From an uncultured beta proteobacterium (GTDB lineage Bacteria; Pseudomonadota; Gammaproteobacteria; Burkholderiales; Burkholderiaceae_C): 64,000 nt of DNA. This document shows, piece by piece, positions 17,592 through 28,257 of the stretch. Numbering within the stretch: position 1 is the stretch's first letter; the number at the start of each line of letters is the position of its first letter. The stretch covers positions 26,799 to 90,798 of the forward strand of contig CAVRZW010000014.1 of the NCBI GenBank assembly GCA_963725755.1, read 5' to 3'. Under the pieces are notes generated by a model that was given only the letters and a program-made list of their open reading frames with translations, was not told the origin of the DNA and did not search any database. The translations under genes were made by a program, and so were the position numbers.

Positions 17592-17628
17592 CGATGCTGC
17601 GGTCCCGATCCCCGGGTCCGCAGCATCG
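17592..17628. other. perfect 11-bp inverted repeat with 15-nt spacer, upstream of the TonB-dependent receptor
   Basis: CGATGCTGCGG (17592-17602) pairs with CCGCAGCATCG (17618-17628). No U-tract follows. It lies about 100 nt upstream of ATG 17727. Confidence 0.6.
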
Positions 17629-17726
17629 TCGTGACGGGAGCGCGCGCGGCGTGGGTGCTGATTCAGGGCTGGTCGAAAAGACAACAAAGAGCTCATTCCT
17701 TCCACTCAACCGAAAGACTCATAGCG

Positions 17727-20517
17727 ATGACTTCATCCAGGAATCCGAAGAAGACCTCTGCGCTCGCCCTGGGCGGGGCGGTGGCTTCGACACTGCTGCT
17801 GGGATTGCCCGCGGTCGCGCAGACTGCAGCCCCGGCCGCGCAGAAGACCGATCGGGTCGAGGTGACCGGCTCGTCGATCAAGCGCATCGACGGCGAGACG
17901 GCGCTGCCGGTGCAGGTGCTCACCCAGGCCGACATCGCGCGGACCGGCGTGTCGAACGCCGAGCAGCTGCTGAAGACGCTTTCGGCCACCTCGACCTTGA
18001 ATGCCACCAGCGTCGCCAACGCCGGCCCCGGCGGCAACCAGGGTGGCGGCGGCTCGGTGTCGCTGGTGTCGCTGCGCGGCCTGGGCTCGGCGCGGACGCT
18101 GGTGTTGATCAATGGCCGCCGTGCGGCACCGGTCGGCGCGTCGTCGGCGGTCGACATCAGCACGATTCCCGTGGCTGCCATCGAACGGGTCGAGGTCCTG
18201 AAGGACGGCGCGTCCGCGATCTACGGCAGCGACGCGATCGCCGGCGTCGTCAACTTCATCCTGCGCAAGAGTTTCGAGGGCACCGAGGTACAGGCGACGC
18301 TGGGCTCGCCCACGCGATCCGGCGGCGGTCAGGAATCGCGCATCTCGGTGTTCTCCGGTTTCGGCGACTACGACGCCAAGGGCTTCACCGCGACCCTCTC
18401 GGCCAGCTACTCGCACACCAAGCCGATCTTCGGCGCGAGCCGCCCGTTCTCGAGCTTCCTCAATGTCGAGCACTATCTCGACAAGACGAGCAGCATCACC
18501 TACCCCGCCAACGTCTACGTGCCGGGCAAGGGCCTGTTCAGCAACAACTATCCCGACTGCGGCCCGTACTCGATCGTGTCGCCGTTCAACAAGTCGCTGT
18601 GCAAGTATGACTACTCGCAGGCGATCGCGTTGCAGGCCGACAGCAAGCTCGCCAACGTCGCGGGCAGTGTCAACTTCAACCTGGGTCCGAACACCGAAGC
18701 CTTCGTGCAGGCGATGTTCACGCACAACGTGACGCAGAACACGGTGCAACCCAACCTGGTCGCACCGACGGCACTGCCGGCGAACAGCCCTTACCGCGCC
18801 TCGATGACCGACTTCCTGGCCCAGTACCCGGGCGTGCAGGCCTCGTTCACGAAGAACTTCATGGGAACTGCCGAGGCCTTCCTGCCGCCGACCAGCCCGT
18901 ACTACCCGGCGGCCTTCGCGGCGTCGGTGGGCCTGGCCGGGGAGCCGCTGCCGCTGTACCTGCGCACCGTCGAGAACGGACCGCGCAAGAGCGAGGACGA
19001 CACCGACGCCGGACGCATCGTCGCCGGCCTGCGCGGCACGCTGGGCAACTGGGACTACGAGGTGGGCAGCCCTGTATGGCCAGGACAAGCTGACCGAAAA
19101 GCTCACCGGCGGCTGGGAGCTGATCGACCCCTACCTCAGCCTGATCAACAGCGGCGTCGTCAATCCCTTCGGCCCGTCCGACCCGAGTGCGGTGGCGCAG
19201 GCCCGCGCCACCGACTACAACGGCAACTGGTACACCGACAAGACCTCGATCGCCAGCGTCGACGCCAAGGTCTCGGGCGACCTCTACCGGCTGCCGGCCG
19301 GGATGGTCAAGCTGGCGCTGGGGGCCGAGACCCGGCGCGAGAAGATGGACCTCTCGCCTTCGGACGCGAACATGCAGGACCTGGTGCTGGGTTGGGGCGG
19401 CCTCGGCGGCGTGCCGGTCAGCGCCCAGCGCAACGTGTCCTCGACCTACGCCGAAGTCAACGTGCCGGTCCTCAAGTCGCTCGAGCTCGACGGCGCCGTG
19501 CGCTACGACCGGTACCAGCGCGTGGGCAGCACCGTGAATCCGAAGGGATCCTTCCGGTGGCGGCCCACGGCGCAGTTCCTCGTCCGCGGCTCCTGGGGCA
19601 GCGGTTTCCGCGCGCCGACGCTGTTCGACCTGTACTCGCCGCAGACGATCAGCGGCGTGACGACCAACGGCCAGCACGACAGCCAGCTGTGCCCCGATCC
19701 CTCGGCGCCTGGCGCGAGCTCGAATCCGGACTGCAACGCGCAGTACAACCTGCTGGCCGGCGGCAACCCCGACCTCAAGCCCGAGAGGTCCGACTCGATC
19801 ACGCTGGGCTTCATCATCGAGCCGACGAAGGACTACTCGCTGGGGCTGGACTTCTTCCACGTCACGGTGAAGGACACGATCGTCGCCGGCGCAGTCAGCT
19901 ACCAGGCGATCCTTGCCAACGAAGACAAGTACGCCGGCCTGATCTTCCGCGACCCGACCACCGGACGCATCTCGGCGATCAACCAGGGCAACACCAACCT
20001 GGGCAAGAGCATCGTCGGTGGCGTCGACGTGGACGCGAAGGCGCGGGTGCTGAACAGCGGCGGGCAGCGCGTGACGCTGCGGCTGAGCGGCACCTACATG
20101 TCGAAGTACGACCAGCAGATGCCGGACGGCACCTACCGCTCGGCAGTCAACACCCCTGGGGGGGCCGGCGCGATCGGCGTCGTGATGCGCTGGCGCCATG
20201 TCGCGAGCGCGACCTGGGAGATCGGCGACTGGACGTCGACCCTGGCGTGGAACTATCAGAACCCGTACCACGATACGCGCGGCACGTACCAGCCGACCGG
20301 CACGCCGACACGCGACGTGGCGTCGTACAGCACGATGGACGCGCAGATCGGCTACAGCGGGTTCAAGTCGACGCAACTGACGCTGGGCATCAAGAACCTG
20401 GCCGACAGCGATCCGCCGTACACCAACTACGGCGGAGGATTCGTCGGCAGCTACGACCTGAGCTACGCCGACGTGCGCGGCCGCTTCGTGTACCTGACGG
20501 CGGGCTACAAGTTCTGA
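17727..20517 (+). pseudogene. TonB-dependent outer-membrane receptor; frame broken at about 19065
   Basis: The signal peptide ends ...LPAVAQ. The plug region includes DRVEVTGSSIKR and VEVLKDGASAIYGSDAIAGVVNFILRK. The C-terminal barrel continues in ORF 19192..20517 and ends in YLTAGYKF. Removing one G from GGG 19064-19066 restores ...WDYEVAALYGQDKLTE... Confidence 0.9.
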
Positions 20518-20542
20518 GCCTCGCGACGACCCTCTGAACCTC

Positions 20543-20579
20543 GAAACCCGCGGCCTTGGCCGCGGGTTTCTTCATTTCC
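20543..20579. terminator. bidirectional intrinsic terminator between convergent genes
   Basis: GAAACCCGCGGCC-TT-GGCCGCGGGTTTC is a 13-bp perfect inverted repeat followed by TTCATTTCC. It lies between the receptor stop (20517) and the methyltransferase stop (20620). Confidence 0.7.
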
Positions 20580-20619
20580 GGGGCTGCGCCGCCGCGGGGT
20601 CCGCGGCGATGGCCGCGGG

Positions 20620-21852
20620 TCAGCCCACGGCCGCGACTGGCGCCTTGGCACCCGGCCCGGCGCCGCTGACCATGTCGAAGCGGAACAGCCGGCATTCGAT
20701 GCCGCCGTTCCACAGCGGTACGCGGCGACTTTCCTTCAGCCGCATCAGCGAGGGCAGCTTCATCTCCGGGCTCAGCAGCCAGGCCGTCCAGCCCGCGTAC
20801 TCGCGTTTCCAATGCGCGGCCAGCGCGCCGAAGAACTCGACCGGCGTGCCGCCGCCTTCGAAGCCCTGGCGCGCCGCAGCTTGTTCGCCCGCCGCGCCGC
20901 GGCCCTTGGGCGCGAGGCGCTCGCCGTACGGCGGATTGAGCATCAGCGTGCCGGTCGGCGCCGGCGGCGGGCGCTGCAGCGCGTCGGCGGTCTTGAACTC
21001 GATGGCCGCGCGCACGCCGGCGCGCTCGGCGTTGCGGGCCGCGAAATCGGTCATCCGGAAGCTCACGTCGCCGGCGAAGATCGGCACCAAGGGGGCATGC
21101 ACGCGGGCGCGTGCGGCCGACTGCAATTCACGCCATGCTGCGGCGAAAGGCCGGAACGGCTGCAGGCGCTCGAAGGCGAAGCGGCGCTGGCTGCCGGGCG
21201 CGATGCCGCAGGCGATCTGCGCCGCTTCGATGACGATGGTGCCGGCGCCGCAGCAGGGGTCGAACAGCGGGCCGTCTTCGGCGCGGCCCTGCCAGCCGGC
21301 GGCGGCGAGCATCGCCGCGGCCAGCGTCTCCTTCAGCGGCGCTTCGCCGGTGTCTTCGCGCCAGCCGCGCTTGAACAGCGCCTCGCCCGAGGTGTCGGCG
21401 TACAGCGTCGCGTGGTCGGGGCCGACGAAGAGGGCGATCGGCAGGTCCGGGTGGCGCGTGTCCACGCTGGGGCGCTCGCCGGTGCTCTCGCGCAGGGTGT
21501 CGCAGACGGCATCCTTGATGCGCAGGGCGGCGAAGTTCAGGCTCGTCAGCGGCGAGCGCACGGCGCTCACGTCGACGCGCAGGGTCTGCGCCGGCGTGAT
21601 CCAGCGGCCCCAGGGCACGCGGCGCGCCAGCGCATACAGATCGTGCTCGTCGCGGTAAGGGCCGTCGATCAGCGGCCACAGCACGCGCTGGGCCAGGCGG
21701 CTCTCCAGATTGAGCTGCATCGCGACGCGCTCGTCGCCGTCGACCCACACGCCGCCACGGGTGACCTCTGCCGCCACGCCGGTGATGCGTTCGACCTCGG
21801 CCGCGAGCAGCGGCTCCACGCCGCCGGCGCAGGGCAGAAAGAGGGCCGCCAT
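20620..21852 (-). CDS. THUMP-domain class I SAM-dependent RNA methyltransferase (RlmL-like)
   Basis: An N-terminal THUMP-like region is followed by PLFDPCCGAGTIVIEAA (SAM binding) and LMLNPPYGERL (the NPPY catalytic motif). Confidence 0.85.
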   Translation of the reverse strand: MAALFLPCAGGVEPLLAAEVERITGVAAEVTRGGVWVDGDERVAMQLNLESRLAQRVLWPLIDGPYRDEHDLYALARRVPWGRWITPAQTLRVDVSAVRSPLTSLNFAALRIKDAVCDTLRESTGERPSVDTRHPDLPIALFVGPDHATLYADTSGEALFKRGWREDTGEAPLKETLAAAMLAAAGWQGRAEDGPLFDPCCGAGTIVIEAAQIACGIAPGSQRRFAFERLQPFRPFAAAWRELQSAARARVHAPLVPIFAGDVSFRMTDFAARNAERAGVRAAIEFKTADALQRPPPAPTGTLMLNPPYGERLAPKGRGAAGEQAAARQGFEGGGTPVEFFGALAAHWKREYAGWTAWLLSPEMKLPSLMRLKESRRVPLWNGGIECRLFRFDMVSGAGPGAKAPVAAVG

Positions 21853-21907
21853 CGTCAGTCCGCCACCGGACTGCGAAGGCGCACGGCGCCAAGCCTGGGG
21901 GCCGGCA

Positions 21908-23440
21908 TCAGATCGCCTTGCGCAGGCTCGCCGGCGCGATCTTCAGCGCCTCGCGGTACTTGGCCACCGTGCGGCGCGCGACCTGGATGCCCTGCTCATC
22001 GAGCATCTCGCTGATCTGGTTGTCCGACAGCGGCTTGGCCGCGTCCTCGGCGCTGACGAACTGCTGGATCAGCGCCCGCACCGCGGTGCTCGACGCGTTG
22101 CCGCCGGCCTCGGTGTTGAGCGAACTGCCGAAGAAGTACTTCAGCTCGAAGGTGCCCTGCGGCGTGGCCATGTACTTGGCGGTGGTGACGCGCGAGATCG
22201 TCGACTCGTGCAGCCCGAGCTCGTCGGCGATCTCGCGCAGCACCAGCGGCTTCATCGCGATCGCGCCGTGGGTGAAGAAAGCCTTCTGGCGCTCGACGAT
22301 GGCCTTGCTGACGCGCAGGATGGTGTCGAAGCGCTGCTGGATGTTCTTGACGAACCAGCGCGCCTCCTGCAGCCGCGAGGACATGCCGGCGTGGCCGTTC
22401 GCGCCGCGCTGGCCGCGGACGGCCTGGGCGTAGAGGTCGTTGATGCGCAGCTTGGGCATCACGTCGGGATTGAGCGCCACGCTCAATCCGCGGCCGGTCT
22501 TGCGCACGATCACGTCGGGCACGACGACGTTGGCCTCGGCGGGCGAGAACGGCCGCCCCGGCTTGGGCTCGCAGGCGACGATCAGCGCCTGTGCCTGGCG
22601 CACCTGGGTCTCGTCGGCGCCGGTCAGCGCGGTCAGGCGCTTCATGTCGCGCTTGGCCAGCAGCTCCAGGTGCTGCTCGCAGATGCGCAGCGCCAGTTGG
22701 CGCGCCGGGCAGCGCGGCGTGGTCCTGAGTTGCAGCGCCAGGCATTCGCCGAGCGAGCGGGCGCCCACGCCTGTCGGCTCCAGGCTCTGCAACCAGCGCA
22801 GCGCGCATTGCAGCCGTTCGAGCAGTTCGGCGCGCGCCTCGGCGCTGTCGGCGCCGAGCATCTCGGCCAGCCGGGCCGCGATGTCCTCGAGTTCGTCGGC
22901 GAGGTAGCCGTCGCCGTCCAGCGACTCGATCAGCACCTGCAGTGCGGCCTTGTCCTCTTCCGAAAGCCGCATGCCCGGCACCTGGCTGCGCAGGTGGTCC
23001 TGCAGCGAACCCGCGGCCGCCCGCCTGTCCTGCGGCTCCATCTCGTCGCCTTCGCCGCTGCCGTTGCCGTTGCCGGAAGGCGAAGGCGTCTCGCGGATGC
23101 CGTCGAAGTCGTCGCCCTCGGTGCCGTTTTCCCAGTCCTCGCGCTCGGTGGTGCCGAAGTCGTCGGCGCGCATCTCGGTGGCGGCATCGCCGGCATCGGG
23201 GGCGTCGGCGGGCGCCTCGACCTCGGCCACCCGGTCCACCGCCTGGCGCTCGGGCGGGGTCTCGAAGGGGTTGACCGGCAGCTCGTCGTCGGCTTCGAGG
23301 AACGGGTTCTGCTCGAGCATCTGCCCGACTTCCTGGTGCAGTTCCAGCGTCGAGAGCTGGAGCAGCCGGATCGACTGCTGCAGCTGCGGCGTCAACGCCA
23401 GGTGCTGCGACAGGCGGACCTGCAGCGAGGGCTTCATCAT
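21908..23440 (-). CDS. rpoN: RNA polymerase sigma-54 factor
   Basis: Region I is [33 protein letters not shown], followed by an acidic region II. The C-terminal HTH and RpoN box are [23 protein letters not shown] and [12 protein letters not shown]. In the ORF track this gene is fused to out-of-frame lptB sequence. Confidence 0.95.
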   Translation of the reverse strand: MMKPSLQVRLSQHLALTPQLQQSIRLLQLSTLELHQEVGQMLEQNPFLEADDELPVNPFETPPERQAVDRVAEVEAPADAPDAGDAATEMRADDFGTTEREDWENGTEGDDFDGIRETPSPSGNGNGSGEGDEMEPQDRRAAAGSLQDHLRSQVPGMRLSEEDKAALQVLIESLDGDGYLADELEDIAARLAEMLGADSAEARAELLERLQCALRWLQSLEPTGVGARSLGECLALQLRTTPRCPARQLALRICEQHLELLAKRDMKRLTALTGADETQVRQAQALIVACEPKPGRPFSPAEANVVVPDVIVRKTGRGLSVALNPDVMPKLRINDLYAQAVRGQRGANGHAGMSSRLQEARWFVKNIQQRFDTILRVSKAIVERQKAFFTHGAIAMKPLVLREIADELGLHESTISRVTTAKYMATPQGTFELKYFFGSSLNTEAGGNASSTAVRALIQQFVSAEDAAKPLSDNQISEMLDEQGIQVARRTVAKYREALKIAPASLRKAI

Positions 23441-23451
23441 GGTCGCCGGCC

Positions 23452-24216
<765 letters not shown>

Positions 24217-24217
<1 letters not shown>

Positions 24218-24837
24218 CAGCGCTGGTCCCCGATGGCCCGGCTGGGCACCAGCGGGGCGGCACGTGGGGTGCTGGCCGGCGGCGTCTCGGCCCTCGGGCT
24301 GAGCACCGCCCGCACGCGGCCGCTCGGGTTGGTGGCGGTTGCCGCCCCGCCCGCGACCTTGAAGGTCTCGGCGGCGTTGTCCCAGACGATGGTGTCGCCG
24401 GTGATCTCGTCGGCGACCACGCCGCCGCGCAGCCGCCGCACCGCGCTGTTGCCGATCAGGCGCAGGGTGTCGCTGCGGCCATCGAATTCGATCCGGTCGG
24501 CGCTGCCTTCGACGATCTCGTCGACGCCGTCGCGACGCTGGCGCCAGGTGGCCGGGTGGCCCGCGCTGCCGATCGCGACGGCGGCGCGGTAGCCGTCGGG
24601 CAATTCACGGGTCTCGACGCGATCGGCGCGCAGCACCATGCTGCCCTGCGAGATCACGACGTTGCCATTGAACACCACGACCTGGCGCTGCAGATCGACG
24701 GTGCCGGGCTGGTCGGCCTCGACCACCATCGGCTTGTTGCGATCGGCGCGGTCGGCGTGGGCCACGCCGGTGGCCCCAAGCAGGACCAGTGCCAGGCTGA
24801 CGAGCGCCAGAGGGAAATTGCGGACGAGCAGGTTCAT
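24217..24837 (-). CDS. lptA: LPS transport periplasmic protein LptA (OstA-like)
   Basis: The signal peptide is [28 protein letters not shown]. The OstA-type repeats are [21 protein letters not shown] and ITGDTIVWD. The stop overlaps the lptB start. Confidence 0.85.
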
Positions 24838-24955
24838 CGATGCGGCACGAAACTTGCAGGCCATTCTAGCCACAAGTTGGGTATCGCACCGCAGCCGATA
24901 GCGTGAATTCGCTCCTGCTTTCAGCGTCGGCCCGACAACCGGAAACGCCGCCGGA

Positions 24956-25603
24956 TCAGGCGCCCTGGCGCGATCGCGCGATCAGGTAGTTGGCTACCTC
25001 GAGCGCCCGCTCGTGGGTGCCGGCCTGCGCGGCCGAAGTGTAGTAGTGGCCCTGGATGCCCAGCGTCGGCACCCCATCGATGCCCCAGGCGCCGGAGATC
25101 TGCTTGCCGCGGCTGACCTTGGTCGACACATCGAAGGATCGGAACGCAGACGTGAACCTGGCGCGGTCGACGCCGTTGGCGGCGACGAAGTCGGTGATCT
25201 CGGCCTCGGTGTTCAGGCGCCGGTTCTGCACATGGATGGCATTGAAGATCTTGTCGTGCAAGGCCTCGCGCTGGCCGAGGTCCTCCAGGGCATAGAACAG
25301 CTTCTGGTGCTCGACCGGGCCGATGTAGGCGAAGGGCATGGGGTGGAAATAGACGTCGGCGGCCAGGGTCTTGACCCAGCTTTCCAGCACCGGCTCGAAC
25401 GCGAAGCAATGCGGGCAGCCATACCAGAAGAACTCGATCACCTCGACCTTCTTCTGCGCCGACGGCAGCGTCGGCGGCAGCGGTTCGCGCAGCGTCGTGT
25501 ACTGCTTGCCGTCGACCGGCGCACCCTGCGCGCGGGCCCCGCCCACCATCGCGAGCCCGACACCCGCGGCGGCCAGTTGCTTGGAGAAATCGCGCCGTTT
25601 CAT
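24956..25603 (-). CDS. dsbA: thiol:disulfide interchange protein DsbA with a twin-arginine-type signal peptide
   Basis: The active site is FFWYGCPHCF (CPHC). The N-terminus is MKRRDFSKQLAAAGVGLAMVGGARA, with an RRxFxK Tat-like motif. Confidence 0.9.
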   Translation of the reverse strand: MKRRDFSKQLAAAGVGLAMVGGARAQGAPVDGKQYTTLREPLPPTLPSAQKKVEVIEFFWYGCPHCFAFEPVLESWVKTLAADVYFHPMPFAYIGPVEHQKLFYALEDLGQREALHDKIFNAIHVQNRRLNTEAEITDFVAANGVDRARFTSAFRSFDVSTKVSRGKQISGAWGIDGVPTLGIQGHYYTSAAQAGTHERALEVANYLIARSRQGA

Positions 25604-25766
25604 GGCGATCCTTTCAGAAGAGCTTCCAGGGAGACGGGACGTCGCCGGTGGACTCCGGCCCTGAGACGGAAGTTCCAAGCCCCGCCGCCCAGCGCGAGCG
25701 GCAGCATTTCAACGCCGCAGGCACGACAGTTGTTGACGTTCGCCGGCGCCTTCGGCGCGGCGATCG

Positions 25767-26390
25767 CTAGGGCCTCTCGACGCGAACGATCTGCGCGTCG
25801 ACCTTTTCGCCCTGCATGCGGGCCTGCAAGGCATCGGCCTCTTCCCGCGTGTCGAACGGGCCCATGCGCACCCGATAGACGGTGCGCCCGGCCTGGTCGC
25901 GCGCCGTGACCTTGGCCATCTGACCGAGAAGACCGAGCCGCGCCCGCTGTTGTTCGGCATCCTCGCTGCGCGTGTACGCGCCGGCCTGGACGAAATAGAC
26001 GAACGGATCGCTTGCCACTGCCGATGCAGCGGCCCCGCCCGGGATCGGCGCCGGGTTCGCCGGCGCGGGCTTGGGCGCCGCGACCGGAGCCGGACCAGCG
26101 GCCGATGGCGGCAGACCCGGCGGGCCGGGCGGGCTCGACGCCGAAGTCACCACGCCCGAGGCGGCGCCAGCCCCGCCCGCGGTGATCTTGTTGCTCAGCG
26201 CTGCGTTGGGGTCCCAGTTGCGGTTGCGCTCGGCCTCGGCGCTGTCCTGCTCGGGTGTGTGCGGCGGCACCTTGTCGATGAAAGGCACCGGCGTCTTCGT
26301 GATGTACAGCGCCACGCCGAGCGCCACCGCCAGGCCGATCAACAGGCCCATCACGAGGCCGAGCACGAAGCCGCCGCGCTGCTGCTTCAT
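25767..26390 (-). CDS. SPOR-domain cell-division protein
   Basis: The protein has an N-terminal TM anchor, a Pro/Ala-rich linker and a C-terminal SPOR fold ([20 protein letters not shown]...[17 protein letters not shown]). The ATGA overlaps the argS stop. Confidence 0.8.
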   Translation of the reverse strand: MKQQRGGFVLGLVMGLLIGLAVALGVALYITKTPVPFIDKVPPHTPEQDSAEAERNRNWDPNAALSNKITAGGAGAASGVVTSASSPPGPPGLPPSAAGPAPVAAPKPAPANPAPIPGGAAASAVASDPFVYFVQAGAYTRSEDAEQQRARLGLLGQMAKVTARDQAGRTVYRVRMGPFDTREEADALQARMQGEKVDAQIVRVERP

Positions 26391-28099
26391 GCCACGACCT
26401 CGGCGCCTGGTGCGGCCTGGCGCGTCATGGCCTCGGGCGCCGAGACGCCGAGCAAGGCCAGCGCATTGCGCAGCACCTGCACGGTCGCCGCCAGCAACGC
26501 GATGCGCGACTGCGCGAGCGCGGCGTCGGCGACGAGGAAGCGCTCGGCGCCGTAGTAGGCATGGAACAGCGCCGCGAGGTCGCGCAGGTAGAACGCGACA
26601 TCGTGCGGTGCATGTTCGGTGGCGGCGCGGGTGAGCATGTCGGGGTATTCGGCGAGTTTGAGCATCAAGGCATCTTCGGTGGCGGCGGTGAGCAATGTCA
26701 GGTCGGCGCCGGCGAGGTCGCGGTCGCCGGCGTACTGGGCCAGCACCGAGCAGATGCGGGCATGCGCGTACTGAACGTAGAAGACCGGGTTCTCGTCGTT
26801 GGCCTTGAGCGCAAGATCGACGTCGAAGGTGAATTCGGTGTCCGACTTGCGGCTGATGAGGAAGAAGCGCACCGCGTCGCGGCTGGTCCATTCGATGAGG
26901 TCGCGCAGCGTCACGTAGCTGCCGGCGCGCTTGGAAATCTTGACCTCCTGCCCGCCCTTCATCACCGTGATCATCTTGTAGAGCACGTAGTCGGGGTAGC
27001 CCGCCGGGATGCCGACTGCCGCGGCCTGCAGGCCGGCGCGCACCCGCGCCACCGTGCCGTGGTGGTCGGTGCCCTGGACATTGATGACCTCGCGGTAGCC
27101 GCGCTCGAACTTGGCGATGTGGTAGGCGACGTCGGGCACGAAATAGGTGTACGTGCCATCGGACTTGCGCATCACACGGTCCTTGTCGTCGCCGTAGTCG
27201 GTGGTGCGCAGCCAGAGTGCGCCGCCTTCCTCGAAGGTCTTGCCCGCGGCGACCAGGCGCTCGACGGTCTGCTCGACACGGCCGCTGCTGTACAGGCTCG
27301 ACTCGAGGAAGTAGTTGTCGAAGCGCACGCCGAAGGCCTGCAGATCCAGATCCTGCTCGTGGCGCAGGTAGGCGACCGCGAACTGGCGGATGCCTTCGAC
27401 GTCGTCGGGGTCGCCCGAGGCAGTGAACTCGCGGTCGTCGGCGCGCACCGTCTTGCCGGCCGCGAAATCGGCCGCGATGTCGGCGATGTACTCGCCGTTG
27501 TAGGCCTGCTCGGGCCAGCCCTCGTCGCCGGGCACCAGGCCCTGGAGCCGGCATCGCACCGACAGGCCCAGGGTGGCGATCTGCACCCCGGCGTCGTTGT
27601 AATAGAACTCGCGCAACACCTCCGCACCCTGGCTCTGCAACAGGTGCGACAGGCTGTCGCCCAGCGCCGCGTTGCGGCCATGCCCCACGTGCAGCGGCCC
27701 GGTGGGGTTGGCGGAGACGAACTCGACCATCACCCGCTGGCCGCTGGCCGGCCGGCGGCCGTAGCCCTCGCCCGCGACCAGTACCTCGCGCACGACGGCC
27801 TGCTTGGCCGCTGCCGACAGGCGCAGGTTGATGAAGCCGGGGCCGGCGATCTCCAGCGCCCGGACCCAGCGCTGCACCGCGGGCTGCTCCTGCAGCGCCG
27901 ACACCAGCGCCTGGGCCAGTTCGCGCGGGTTCTTCTTCAACGCGCGCGCCAGCGGCATCGCGGCGGTGATCGCGAGGTCGCCATGCGAGGCCTGCTTGGG
28001 CGATTCGAAGGTCGCTGCCGGCGCGCCGGCAGCGTCGCCGACGAGCGACGCCAACGCCGTCTGCAGCGCCGCACGCAACTCCTGCTTGGCTTGGATCAT
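26387..28099 (-). CDS. argS: arginine--tRNA ligase
   Basis: This is a full-length 570-aa class I aaRS with [15 protein letters not shown] (HIGH region) and the KISKR-type (KMSKS-like) motif. Confidence 0.97.
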   Translation of the reverse strand: MIQAKQELRAALQTALASLVGDAAGAPAATFESPKQASHGDLAITAAMPLARALKKNPRELAQALVSALQEQPAVQRWVRALEIAGPGFINLRLSAAAKQAVVREVLVAGEGYGRRPASGQRVMVEFVSANPTGPLHVGHGRNAALGDSLSHLLQSQGAEVLREFYYNDAGVQIATLGLSVRCRLQGLVPGDEGWPEQAYNGEYIADIAADFAAGKTVRADDREFTASGDPDDVEGIRQFAVAYLRHEQDLDLQAFGVRFDNYFLESSLYSSGRVEQTVERLVAAGKTFEEGGALWLRTTDYGDDKDRVMRKSDGTYTYFVPDVAYHIAKFERGYREVINVQGTDHHGTVARVRAGLQAAAVGIPAGYPDYVLYKMITVMKGGQEVKISKRAGSYVTLRDLIEWTSRDAVRFFLISRKSDTEFTFDVDLALKANDENPVFYVQYAHARICSVLAQYAGDRDLAGADLTLLTAATEDALMLKLAEYPDMLTRAATEHAPHDVAFYLRDLAALFHAYYGAERFLVADAALAQSRIALLAATVQVLRNALALLGVSAPEAMTRQAAPGAEVVA

Positions 28100-28257
28100 C
28101 GGGCGATTCTACTTTTCGACCCTCGGACGATCCGCTTGCCGCCCGCCGCAGCGGCCCGAATAGCGCCGCCTTTGCGCCGATCATCACCGCATCGCCGAGC
28201 CCGGTCCGGGGCGACGATGCCTGCACTCCGGGCCAACCGGCCCCGCGCGCCGCCACC

